Shown: positions 51,351 to 61,576, counted from the first letter of the stretch. The stretch is DNA of 64,000 nt from Gammaproteobacteria bacterium (GCA_046754065.1 JBHHVB010000007.1:6881-70880), one strand, 5' to 3'. A program made the numbers and translations. The notes: generated by a model not told the origin, from the letters alone.

Positions 51351-53444
51351 TTAATGATATGTATGCACTACTTTGGTTATCAAGTTGGCATTATCACGTT
51401 TTTCTACATTAAATTCCACCTGGCCATAATACGACTTCAACTCGTCACTATTAACCCTTTGTACCCTGACGTGAAAATCTGCACTACCGCTAGCGAAACC
51501 ACCCTGTATTTGCCAAACTATTTTACCTAGAAAAAATTCTCTTTTTTCTGTCGCAGCGAATAACGCACGATAATCTTTCATAACACCGACAAGACTATCA
51601 TGATCATCCGTCACAACATCGTGTGAAAACAACGAGATAAACCGCGCCAAATTGCCTTCCTCGTAAAAGGTAACGAAGTTATCAATCGTCACTTCTAACT
51701 CATCCCGTGTGAGTGCTGTTTGCACTTCAACGGTTTCAGAATTGCCTGAAGGCTCTACCGGGCTATCGCTGCTTCCCGGCACCAAAAAATCATCAACAGT
51801 AGAATTGTCAGGAATTTCGGCAAACTCTCTATTTGAAGCGAACTCATTAATACTGTTTTCAATCTCAGCGTCTACAAACGCATTCTGAACATCAGGCATA
51901 ATAGTCGAAGTATCTTGAGATTGCTCAGGTTGATTGGGCTGATCGAGTAGCGGCCCGGATACCATACTCATCTCGGCATCCTGTTGAGCCGTCAGATGAT
52001 TGACAGGCTGATCCGCCCCAGGAGTAAAACGTTCAGCATTCAGGTTGGCTGTACTGATGGGCTGCAGGACTGAGTCATCGCTTACCGAAGCAGGATTCTT
52101 GCCCGACTGGATATCCCCATTATTATCAATATTTTTTGCAAATTCATTATCTTCAAGCACATTTGGGATATCCGCGGCTGGCAGTTTTTCAACGTCAGCG
52201 GTGCTGGAAGCAGGACTAACTGAGATAGGTCCCGAATCTATCGGTGCCTCCGGCTCCACCAAATCATTATTGACCGTTTGGGATTCTTGTTCTGCCATAC
52301 CCACAGAAAGCGATGCATTAACCTCTGTTTCAACAACAGGTTCTTCTGTATCAACAGGCGGCAGATTTGCTAACTGGTCGCGGTCGATACGGTCAGATTG
52401 TACTATATCCGTCGGCGGGATTTGTTCATCATCACTGGATGAAAGCATCGTAAAACCAACATACAAAAGAATGATAGCTAATGCCGTAATCCCTCCCACC
52501 ATTACTGGTTTACTATTAGAGGGTTGTGAATATCTGTCACGTGCAGTGGCAGCCCGCGTCTTTTTTTGGCCACTGCCTTGATAATCCAGACTTTCCTTTT
52601 TCAATACAATCGTAACATCCGATTGCATATTACTTTGTTTTGGAGAGTCTTCTGAATAATTGCTTTTTTGTTCGCCGATATTATCCAATTTTGGCGGGAC
52701 GACATCATTAACGTCATTTACCGCGTCATATGCGCGGTCAATATTCCTCGCAACATATGATTTACCTATTGGCTTGATTTTTGGTTGGGAGCCGTAGTCT
52801 TGCTCCAGTTCATCGGAACTGTCTTTATGCGGATGATTCACTTGATCAACGAGACTTCCCCCCGGCGAGGATAATACTGACGCTGAAAAAGACACAACGG
52901 GTTTTTCGTTAATCTGCTCACTAGAAGACGCACCAAACCCGGTTGCTAGATTTGAAGCGGTTGATGGCCTACTAAAATCGATGCCCTGAGCACGTAATTT
53001 ATTGTCATATAATCGCTTCTTTTCCGGATCTCGCAAAATACTGTAAGCGCGGTTAAGACGCATAGCATATTCAGCATTCCATTCATCGGCCTTATCGGAT
53101 TTATCCAGGTGAAATAAATGCAGCAAAAGTTTGTAGTTTCGACTTACTTCCTGGAGGGACGCTCCAGGGAATAAGCCTAGCATTCGATACCAGTTACCCC
53201 GGCTTGATAACAGCACACGTTCTGCAAAAAAGGTGACGGCAGCCAGCAGTTCTGTAGGCGGAACATTCTTGAATTCTGGAGAAAGTAAAACAGAGGGTTT
53301 CTGCGAATTACCTGCTGCCAATTCGAGCAATAGATCCACATCTTGCGGCAAATCAACAGAAGAATCTGTTAAATAGTCGTATTGCGAAGGAGCGCGGAAG
53401 AAATCCAGCGCCAGCTGTAAAATATTCTGTATCATTATTACCAA
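51351..53444 (-). CDS. Membrane protein with cytoplasmic degenerate J domain (HLD instead of HPD), single TM, acidic disordered periplasmic linker and C-terminal NTF2/SnoaL-like domain
   Basis: WYRMLGLFPGASLQEVSRNYKLLLHLFHLDKSDKADEWNAEYAMRLNRAYSILRDPEKKRLYD aligns residue-for-residue with DnaJ J-domain helices II-IV except HPD->HLD. TM VMVGGITALAIILLYVGFTML. C-terminal LTRDELEVTIDNFVTFYEEGNLARFISLFSHDVV has an NTF2-like pattern. Confidence 0.65.
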   Translation of the reverse strand: MVIMIQNILQLALDFFRAPSQYDYLTDSSVDLPQDVDLLLELAAGNSQKPSVLLSPEFKNVPPTELLAAVTFFAERVLLSSRGNWYRMLGLFPGASLQEVSRNYKLLLHLFHLDKSDKADEWNAEYAMRLNRAYSILRDPEKKRLYDNKLRAQGIDFSRPSTASNLATGFGASSSEQINEKPVVSFSASVLSSPGGSLVDQVNHPHKDSSDELEQDYGSQPKIKPIGKSYVARNIDRAYDAVNDVNDVVPPKLDNIGEQKSNYSEDSPKQSNMQSDVTIVLKKESLDYQGSGQKKTRAATARDRYSQPSNSKPVMVGGITALAIILLYVGFTMLSSSDDEQIPPTDIVQSDRIDRDQLANLPPVDTEEPVVETEVNASLSVGMAEQESQTVNNDLVEPEAPIDSGPISVSPASSTADVEKLPAADIPNVLEDNEFAKNIDNNGDIQSGKNPASVSDDSVLQPISTANLNAERFTPGADQPVNHLTAQQDAEMSMVSGPLLDQPNQPEQSQDTSTIMPDVQNAFVDAEIENSINEFASNREFAEIPDNSTVDDFLVPGSSDSPVEPSGNSETVEVQTALTRDELEVTIDNFVTFYEEGNLARFISLFSHDVVTDDHDSLVGVMKDYRALFAATEKREFFLGKIVWQIQGGFASGSADFHVRVQRVNSDELKSYYGQVEFNVEKRDNANLITKVVHTYH

Positions 53445-54162
53445 ACATCCACGATGTAGCTTTCCAATATATTGTTTATCGGTAGTCTATCAAGAAATTT
53501 GAATAGAGAGGCACTATATTTAGGGTACTATTACCCGGATTTCAAAAATTCCAGGGGAAGCTAGCTAAATCCAGGCTATTGACGAAGTTATTCAGTCTTT
53601 TTGTTCACTTTCCGATCAGTCCAACACAAAGCTATTTCTTTTTCAAATAGTTCATTCTGAGCAATTATACTATAATTTTCATAAAGATACGAAAAACCAG
53701 GAAAAGTAGCCAAAATACGGCAAAAGTCAGAATGATGCGTGGACAACCCATGGGTGCTGGCAAAACCGTCTGATGCGGTTTTTGAATTAATACAGGAACG
53801 TCGATATAACCGGGCTAGTTCATCCGCACGGCATTCCCAAACAGCGAGCATACTGAATTTAGAAAATCTTCCAAAGCATATCAATAAACAGTTCCTTTTG
53901 CCGATAGTTTTACCTAATCAGGGAGATAAATTTGAAATAATGGCTTGAGTCCAGCTCACACAAAGAGTCCAAAACAAGTTTTTAGTCTCCCCCCGTTTTT
54001 AATATAGAATGCCAAACTGTGAAATAATTTCATATGCCACATTGATAAAAACGAAACTCTAAACCAGGTTAAGATGTTGAGTCTTTTCCGACAAAGTGAA
54101 GTCAGTATCTTTTTAGACTGCACAACAATTCGCACTGCCTAACTTTTAAAAAAGGAAAATCC

Positions 54163-56133
54163 TTGTCAATTTTCTCAATCAAACACCCATTAATTATCAA
54201 AACAATTTCGTTAATATTTGCGGTTGTTCTTCTGGCAATAATGTTGCTACAGTTTAGCAGCAATGAATCCGTAGGCCGCCTCGCCAAGTTTCCCAAACAA
54301 CCTTTCTCACTTGCTGAGTTTGGTCTTTTCGATATGGGGATAGCTGACATCAATGATGATTTATACCTGGATATCTATACAGTTAACCATTCGGGAACAC
54401 AGAGCCTTCTTGTTAATCAAAGCGGCAAAGGATTCGTTGAATCTTTCAACTCAATGGATTTAGATCAGGATCCTTCGTTTCCCGGTCTGGTCGTCAGCCC
54501 GGATAAACCTGAATTTGATAAACCTGGGCTTTATATATACTGGCATGGACCCAAACTGGTTGTAGAGGCATATAGCCTGGTTAGATCTGAACCGGTAAAA
54601 GGTAGCATAGAATTGTTATCTCCAACTGAAGATCATGCTGACCCGGTCGTAAAATTCTCAAAGCGAGAAACTGCACTGGATCATGGTATCAATAAAACAA
54701 GTATCTCCTTCACCTTTGAAAAAGATGGCGTTTTCGCCATCAAACCCCTTTTACATGCACTGCCTATCCAGTTTGATATTGATAAAAAAGTTGAACCCGA
54801 ATCAATTTTTATCGGGCATAAACACATAGCACCTGATTTCAATTTTTTCTCCATAAACATGCGTGATCGCCATGGCATGTCCTGGGCAGATCTAACCAAT
54901 GACGGAAACACCGATTTATTAATTACACGAGGCGGACAGAGAGGGTGGATGGTACGCATGGATGAGAATTACTGGGATGAACTGTTTATCAGCGATGGTA
55001 ATAAATTTCATGAAACTGGCAAATCCGCTTCGCTACTGAAGGATGGATGTTCAGGCAGAAAAATAGCGTTAGTTGACTATAACAACGATAACAATCTCGA
55101 GTTTTATATCGTGTGCGGCAAGGGTCGCTCCTACCAACCTAACAAACTGTTTGCTCAGCAAGCAGATGGTACCTATTTTGATATTGCCAGCCAGGTCGGG
55201 TTAGATATAGGCCAGGATGGTAATTTTATCTGGACAGATGCCGATGCAGATGGGGATCTGGATATGTTTTGGGTTGATCACCAGTCATTTTATATCTATC
55301 AAAATCAATCTGGACATTTTGAAAAATTTCATCTTGGAACCAACCCAGCCCAACGAGTAAGCGAAAAACTCACAATCGCCGATTTTGATAACGATGGTGA
55401 TTTTGATATTTTTTCAGCATCGCCCGGCGGAAATGTATTATGCATTAACACCGGGAGCACCTATGCGATCACGAATCCCGTGCAGTGGGGGTTGCCTGCC
55501 AAAAGTGCCGTCGCAAACTGGGTAGACTATGACAACGATGGATTAAAAGACATACACTTTATTCCGAACGGAATATACCGCAATCTTGGAAACGGGAGAT
55601 TCAAACGAACATCTATATTATCGTTACAAGAAAACAAATACTCTTCCCGGCGCCTATATAAATCGAGGGTTTCGTGGTTTGATATCGACAACGATGGTAC
55701 GCGCGATGCAGTCATTGCCATGGAATTCGGTTTAAACCAAGGATTCCCGGCTTCAATTCTGGCCAGACTTAATGGTGACAGCAATCGCCTGGGAGGATTA
55801 AGGTCATTCTGGGAAGCCGGTCTGTATAGGAATGATCATACCGTTAATAACTGGCTTCAAATAGACGTGACCGGACCTCCAGGAAACAAACCTGGCATAG
55901 GCGCTAAAGTGACTGTTGAAACCAGCAACTTCATCCAGGTTCAGCAAGTCGGGGAAAATGAGGGAGCACGATACTCCCAAGGTCACTACCGATTATATTT
56001 TGGTCTCGGGAAGATGCATGAAATAAAATCCATTACCGTCGACTGGCCTGATGGGCGAGCACAATCCATACAATCGCAACAGCCAAACCAGTTAATCACA
56101 ATTGACTGGGTTAACGCCGATAGTGCAGTATAG
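54163..56133 (+). CDS. CRTAC1-family protein (FG-GAP/VCBS repeats + ASPIC/UnbV C-terminal domain), paralogue 1
   Basis: FG-GAP-like Asp-rich repeats (DFDNDGDFDIF, DADGDLDMFWVD). C-terminal UnbV_ASPIC signature NNWLQIDVTGPPGNKPGIGAKVTVETSN...YRLYFGLGKMHEIKSITVDWPDGRAQ. TTG start with AAGGAAAA SD. Confidence 0.75.
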   Translation: MSIFSIKHPLIIKTISLIFAVVLLAIMLLQFSSNESVGRLAKFPKQPFSLAEFGLFDMGIADINDDLYLDIYTVNHSGTQSLLVNQSGKGFVESFNSMDLDQDPSFPGLVVSPDKPEFDKPGLYIYWHGPKLVVEAYSLVRSEPVKGSIELLSPTEDHADPVVKFSKRETALDHGINKTSISFTFEKDGVFAIKPLLHALPIQFDIDKKVEPESIFIGHKHIAPDFNFFSINMRDRHGMSWADLTNDGNTDLLITRGGQRGWMVRMDENYWDELFISDGNKFHETGKSASLLKDGCSGRKIALVDYNNDNNLEFYIVCGKGRSYQPNKLFAQQADGTYFDIASQVGLDIGQDGNFIWTDADADGDLDMFWVDHQSFYIYQNQSGHFEKFHLGTNPAQRVSEKLTIADFDNDGDFDIFSASPGGNVLCINTGSTYAITNPVQWGLPAKSAVANWVDYDNDGLKDIHFIPNGIYRNLGNGRFKRTSILSLQENKYSSRRLYKSRVSWFDIDNDGTRDAVIAMEFGLNQGFPASILARLNGDSNRLGGLRSFWEAGLYRNDHTVNNWLQIDVTGPPGNKPGIGAKVTVETSNFIQVQQVGENEGARYSQGHYRLYFGLGKMHEIKSITVDWPDGRAQSIQSQQPNQLITIDWVNADSAV

Positions 56134-56169
56134 AAACATAAACTTATTCAGCAAATCCTGGAATAAAAA

Positions 56170-57138
56170 TTGCTCCAATCAAATCAAAAAAACGACTTAG
56201 CCGCCGACCAAAAGCCTATTTTGGTGACTGGTTCACCTCGCTCGGGCACAACCTGGGTGGGGCAGATGTTGGCAAAAGATCATCGCCTATATTACGTTCA
56301 CGAACCGTTTAATCCGGCAAGCAAGTATGTAAAAAAACATTATAATCTCAGGCTCAATCAACATTTCATACACATTTGTGATGAAAACAGCCAACAATAT
56401 TACTCAGCGATCACAGATTTAATAAACGGCAAATATAACTTGCTAAATGCACTTACCTACGCGCGTTCTCTTCAGGATCTTAGATCCACCTTCAGGGAAT
56501 GGCGGCAGACCACCGTCCAAAAGAACAAGGGCATATTACCTCTAATCAAGGATCCGATTGCCCTGATGTCTGCGGAGTGGCTGTACAACAACTTTGATAT
56601 TCGCTGCGTGGTATTGATCAGACATCCAGCTGCGTTTGTTTCAAGCATGAAACGATTAAACTGGGTATCACACCCTGAAAACTGGGCACTGTCTCAACCC
56701 CTGCTTATCCGGGATTTTCTTAAGCCACTGGAATCAGAGATCAATGCACTTCGGACTGGTGAGCATGACATTATTGAACGGGCAGCATTAGCGTGGAAAA
56801 TCCACCATTTAGTGATTTCGAAATACTATGCCAAGCACGAAGACTGGATATTTCTGCGTCACGAAGATATATCGAAAACCCCAATGGATTCCTTTGAGAA
56901 ACTATATCACAGCCTGGGATTGACATTTAATAATGAGATTCGACAAATCATAAACGAGCATAGCAGCGAAACAAACCCTGACAGCTCGACTGGAAAAGAC
57001 AAACCCATCAGACTCAACAGCCAGCAAAATATTTCAAGCTGGAAAAAACGTTTGGCATCGGACGAAGTAGCCCGAATACGAGACAGCGTTGAAGATATTT
57101 CAACTCAGTTCTATTCGGATGACGACTGGCTTACCTAG
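56170..57138 (+). CDS. Sulfotransferase-family protein
   Basis: PAPS 5'-phosphosulfate-binding loop LVTGSPRSGTTWVGQML near the N-terminus. TTG start. Confidence 0.7.
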   Translation: MLQSNQKNDLAADQKPILVTGSPRSGTTWVGQMLAKDHRLYYVHEPFNPASKYVKKHYNLRLNQHFIHICDENSQQYYSAITDLINGKYNLLNALTYARSLQDLRSTFREWRQTTVQKNKGILPLIKDPIALMSAEWLYNNFDIRCVVLIRHPAAFVSSMKRLNWVSHPENWALSQPLLIRDFLKPLESEINALRTGEHDIIERAALAWKIHHLVISKYYAKHEDWIFLRHEDISKTPMDSFEKLYHSLGLTFNNEIRQIINEHSSETNPDSSTGKDKPIRLNSQQNISSWKKRLASDEVARIRDSVEDISTQFYSDDDWLT

Positions 57139-59144
57139 TCTATTTCTACCAGCCCACCACTTTCCGTTATTTTGACAATCTGGTCTGCACTGATATCTGT
57201 AAACTCTTGTTCCATTCCGCTCGGCCACCTGAGTTTTAATCTATCGATCTTTTCGTTAGAACCTAAACCAAAATGAAGCCGTTGAAAATTTTGTGCAATT
57301 CGATGATACCCACCACGTTGTTCTCTGACCTGCTTATGACCTCCGGCGTCAATCCAAACCGTTGCGCCTATACCGTCCCGATTAGATTCCTGCCCCTCAA
57401 GGTCTATTTCCAGCCAATGATTATTATTTCCCTTATTACGGTATAACTGATGCGGGCCGGCTGCTACAAAAGGCGAAGCGGGGTCCAGGCCATTGGTGAT
57501 AAAGAGATCCAGGAACCCGTCATGATCATAATCGGCTAACGCAACCACATCACCGCGCCCCAGATGACTACCTTCAGCCCCACCTGCATATTTTACCTCT
57601 TTAAAATTACCCGACCCGTCATTCTCTAATAACCGGTTAGGTATATTCTGTACTGGGCCGGAACAGACCAGGTACAGATCAATATCCTGATCATTGTCAA
57701 AGTCGCCTTCAGCGACCGAATGACAGGATGTATCGTTAGCCAACTCGTCTTTCATAGCTCGCCTTGCAAATTTACCACCTTCCCTGATCAACAGGACATC
57801 GGCACCTGTTTCTGCAAAAGGTCGAAATCCCTGCATCTGAATATTCTTTACAGGCTTCTCTGACTTGACGATAAAATCGACAAATGCACTCCTTGATGTA
57901 TTTCTTATTGTCCAGCTTTTTTTCTCTGTATCATAAAAGATCGCGACCCCCTTGTGCTTGACTGTTTCCGGAAATTCTGGACCATGGATGCTAACATCAT
58001 CATCAGATAGCCTGAATAACCTTTTTACCGGGTTACGCCCCTGATGGCCAAGAAATATGTTCGACAGTTTCAGGAAAGTAGGATGTATCTCTACGCTAAT
58101 ACTTCCGTCCGTTTGAAAGTCCACAGATTTGATTTGCCCGCCCCGGCGCCCCATCAATGATCCCCGAATCTCCTTATCTCCCAGCTGAACAACATCCGAC
58201 ACCAGGAATGGCCCTTTCGTTAAATACATATCAGATTGCCCATCACCGTTATAATCTGCAATCGCCACATCACTAACCGTATCAACAGAAGGAAAACCGG
58301 CAGCGGCAGTTTCTTCATTTAATTCATTTTCAACAAGAGAGAACAGCCTGGTCGGTGATGAAAAGAAGACGAGATCCAGCCGCTTGTCATCCAAAAGCCT
58401 GGTTAACTGCGCATGTTCCTGGTTTAAATCCATATGAAGCAGGCCCACATCTTCAAAATTCAGATCTAATGCGTTGTATAACATTGCCAAATAGTGGTCC
58501 GTAGTCGACCATTCTTCGTCTACGAATCCGATCTCATCATTCGCCGCGACAAACCTGGCCGCCTGTTGAATAAAAAGTGTTGACGAAGGCATACCCCGAC
58601 TTCGGTTCCGGGTATTGATTGCCAAAAGATCAAGCCGACCGTCATTGTTGGCATCAAGCCACAGCGGAGAACGGCCCAGACCTTTGACAGCCACACCCAG
58701 CGTCCTTGCACTTTCAATCAGCTTCCCCTGATCATTAACAAACAGGTGATTTCGCCCGCAACCAAAACACAAGGTTCCATCGTTATTGACCGTAGCGCCA
58801 ACAATCTCTACAAGGTCCTGGTCCCCATCATTATCAAAATCTGCCCATGCAGCGCCATGAGTATCAGCTTCAGGATTCTCATTCCATATATTGTCAATAA
58901 TGTTATCAAAAGTGCCATCTTGCTTATTCAGGTATAAACTCGGTTTGCTGTTATGATTCCCTACCCATAAATCTGGCCAGCGATCACCGTTAAAATCTCC
59001 CCACGCGGCACCATAACTCTGCCCGGCATGACCCATATTGACTTTTTCGGTGACCTCCTCAAACTGAATATCAGCGACAACCACTTCAGAAACCAGCAGC
59101 ATAGCAATAATCGCTGACAACCATTTCGTTGACATTAATTTCAT
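57135..59144 (-). CDS. CRTAC1-family protein (FG-GAP + ASPIC/UnbV), paralogue 2
   Basis: Signal peptide MKLMSTKWLSAIIAMLLVSEVVVA. Repeats WGDFNGDRWPDLWVGNH, WADFDNDGDQDLV. UnbV_ASPIC end NHWLEIDLEGQESNRDGIGATVWIDAGG...RLHFGLGSNEKIDRLKLRWPSG. About 50% identical to paralogue 3. Start uncertain (59144 vs 59216). Confidence 0.75.
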   Translation of the reverse strand: MKLMSTKWLSAIIAMLLVSEVVVADIQFEEVTEKVNMGHAGQSYGAAWGDFNGDRWPDLWVGNHNSKPSLYLNKQDGTFDNIIDNIWNENPEADTHGAAWADFDNDGDQDLVEIVGATVNNDGTLCFGCGRNHLFVNDQGKLIESARTLGVAVKGLGRSPLWLDANNDGRLDLLAINTRNRSRGMPSSTLFIQQAARFVAANDEIGFVDEEWSTTDHYLAMLYNALDLNFEDVGLLHMDLNQEHAQLTRLLDDKRLDLVFFSSPTRLFSLVENELNEETAAAGFPSVDTVSDVAIADYNGDGQSDMYLTKGPFLVSDVVQLGDKEIRGSLMGRRGGQIKSVDFQTDGSISVEIHPTFLKLSNIFLGHQGRNPVKRLFRLSDDDVSIHGPEFPETVKHKGVAIFYDTEKKSWTIRNTSRSAFVDFIVKSEKPVKNIQMQGFRPFAETGADVLLIREGGKFARRAMKDELANDTSCHSVAEGDFDNDQDIDLYLVCSGPVQNIPNRLLENDGSGNFKEVKYAGGAEGSHLGRGDVVALADYDHDGFLDLFITNGLDPASPFVAAGPHQLYRNKGNNNHWLEIDLEGQESNRDGIGATVWIDAGGHKQVREQRGGYHRIAQNFQRLHFGLGSNEKIDRLKLRWPSGMEQEFTDISADQIVKITESGGLVEID

Positions 59145-59236
59145 TACCTTTGTTTTGTACTTTCTGTTCATCGCCATACCCTGTAACTCAGCACCAACAT
59201 TAACGGCAAACCACAAAACGTGGTTAGCCTTCCAAT

Positions 59237-61168
59237 TCAGGATTCTTCATTAACAGTAAGAATCTGATTCGCGCTTATATTTCGCAATTCCTGCACTACA
59301 CCGCTTGGCCAGAAAATAGTTAACTTCTTTGCATTGACGTAATTTCCCAGCCCAAAATGCACGCGCATCGCGTCCTGGGAAAAACTGTGCATACCACCAT
59401 TGTTAACCCTGACCTGTCTGACTCCACCCGTTTCGAGTATTAACCTTGCCCCAATTCCATCTCGATTGGACTGTTTACCTACCAGGTCTATTTCAAGCCA
59501 GTGATTGGAATTACCCGCATTTCTGAATAATTGATGTGATCCTTCATTCGCAAAAGGAGGAGGACCGAAACCGTTGGTTACAAACAAATCCAGAAACCCG
59601 TCCTGATCAAAATCTGCCACCGAGACCTGATTTCCCCTACCAGACATACTTCCGGAGGCACCACCGGCTCGTGCTACCTTTACAAACCTACCCTGTCCAT
59701 CGTTTTCATATAACAGGTTTGGGTAATTTGATGTTGGTCCCGAGCAAACCAGATACAGATCGATATCCATATCATTGTCAAAATCCCCTGATGCGGCGGA
59801 TGCACACGCAGTAAAGTGGTCAACCAACCCCATTTGCCGCTGCTTGTAATCTCCATTTTCATTTAGCAGTAACACATCACTCAATGCACCATCAGATGGT
59901 TTAAAGCCTTTTGTCTCCACATAATCAATAAAATCAGTTGAAGAAACCCTGAAATTGATCATGCGCAGGGAACTGCCAAAACTCCACTCTCTTGATTTGG
60001 CGTCAAAACGAATCCAAGTTGCTAAATCTTTACGATTTTTAGAGGGTACTGGCCCAATCACAGCGGGATCACTGGGCGAGACCGTCACTGTTGAACTTGT
60101 CAATTCAACTTTTTTTGATCCAACAAACAGAATAGTTTTCTCATTCCGTCTTGGGTCGGATGGGTCCATCCAGGGAAGGTGTACGTCAAGGGTAATCTCT
60201 CCCTCACTTCGAAATAACACTGTTTTTGTCTGATTTTTCCTGTTTGCCAACTTTCCCTGTATATGCTGCCTATCTGTTTGCAGCACCGTCATCGCAGACT
60301 GCCTAGAACGAACCAGAAACCAGTCGAACACACCATCACCGTTAAAATCATTGATCGCTATATCCCTGATGGCGCGAATTTTGGGAAGTTTTATCTGACC
60401 CGTGATTTCCTCGTAATCATCCAACCCAATATTTATAATCCTCTCTGGATTGGTATAGGTTATTAACTCTATCCCTTCATGTTTGGATATGTCCGCGAGT
60501 TGAGCAAATTCATCCGCAACTTTTAGCCCAGGTGATTTTGCGGTACTTTTTTTTGTATTTTTGAAAATATCTACCATTTTACCCGAGGAGAATTTTCCAT
60601 CAATTGCCTGCAGGAATACATCCGTCGGTGCCTCTGCTCTATAGCGATTCATGAGCAAGGCATCAAGCAATCCATCAGCGTTATAATCCAGCCACAATGG
60701 TGTTCTACCTCTACCAAGAGGATAACTTAGTCCCACTTCCTCCGCCTTCTCAACCAGATTGCCCGATTCATTGACAAAATAATGATTGGGACTAACACCA
60801 TGCCCGGCCCCTCCACCCGTGACAACGAGCAAGTCCTGATCGCCATCATTATCAACGTCGGCCCATGACGCACCGTGGTAATCCAGCACAGGAGTTCCGT
60901 CCAGCAGCTCGCTGGCAATATCCCTAAAACGACCGTCACGTTGATTCAAGTAGAGGCTAGGTGCTATCCCATGGTGATTTGATACCCACAGGTCCGGCCA
61001 GCCATCGTTATTGAGATCACCCCAGGCAGAGGCTGCCGTGGGTAAACCGGATTTCATACCAGCCTTATTTGAAACATCCACGAATTGAATTTCGCAAAAA
61101 GACGTAAGGGGAATGACGAATAATAATAGTGCACCCGAAATTCGGGATAAAACGCTGCTATCAGTCAT
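59237..61168 (-). CDS. CRTAC1-family protein (FG-GAP + ASPIC/UnbV), paralogue 3
   Basis: Signal peptide. WGDLNNDGWPDLWVSNHHG, WADVDNDGDQDLLVVTGG. C-terminal NHWLEIDLVGKQSNRDGIGARLILETGG...RVHFGLGNYVNAKKLTIFWPSG. Confidence 0.75.
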   Translation of the reverse strand: MTDSSVLSRISGALLLFVIPLTSFCEIQFVDVSNKAGMKSGLPTAASAWGDLNNDGWPDLWVSNHHGIAPSLYLNQRDGRFRDIASELLDGTPVLDYHGASWADVDNDGDQDLLVVTGGGAGHGVSPNHYFVNESGNLVEKAEEVGLSYPLGRGRTPLWLDYNADGLLDALLMNRYRAEAPTDVFLQAIDGKFSSGKMVDIFKNTKKSTAKSPGLKVADEFAQLADISKHEGIELITYTNPERIINIGLDDYEEITGQIKLPKIRAIRDIAINDFNGDGVFDWFLVRSRQSAMTVLQTDRQHIQGKLANRKNQTKTVLFRSEGEITLDVHLPWMDPSDPRRNEKTILFVGSKKVELTSSTVTVSPSDPAVIGPVPSKNRKDLATWIRFDAKSREWSFGSSLRMINFRVSSTDFIDYVETKGFKPSDGALSDVLLLNENGDYKQRQMGLVDHFTACASAASGDFDNDMDIDLYLVCSGPTSNYPNLLYENDGQGRFVKVARAGGASGSMSGRGNQVSVADFDQDGFLDLFVTNGFGPPPFANEGSHQLFRNAGNSNHWLEIDLVGKQSNRDGIGARLILETGGVRQVRVNNGGMHSFSQDAMRVHFGLGNYVNAKKLTIFWPSGVVQELRNISANQILTVNEES

Positions 61169-61576
61169 TAGTTATTTAAGATCCTGTTAATTTGGAATAA
61201 GAGAAACAAGCACCGCATACCGAGTTTTTCCTTACAGATTGCTGATTGAAGATACTGCTAACGATTCATCACATCAACTAAAGTTAACGGCCAAAATACG
61301 CGTTGCTTGATCACGCAAATCCTGTAACGGAATCATTAAAATAGGTTTTACAACCTAATCCGGGAAATTGATCATTTCTTATGGCCAGGAGCGCACGAAC
61401 TCAGTGAGTTGACTAACATAGTAGATTTTCACTATGGAAACCAGGCCACGCGTTTGAAACACCATTTAAACCGACATTTACATAGACCTCTTTAAAGTAC
61501 AAACATAAACCATTGAGTGACAAGTTCATTTTATCAGGCGGTATTTTTTAACCTATGTTATTGAAATAATTTTAGA

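Noticed and set aside
53445-54162. 718-bp AT-rich intergenic region with small ORFs 53588..53884 (minus strand) and 53739..53948 (plus strand)
   Set aside because: It is a divergent promoter region between the J-domain protein gene and CRTAC1 paralogue 1. The small ORFs lack RBS and motifs and overlap each other antisense. I could not recognise a tRNA or structured RNA by eye.
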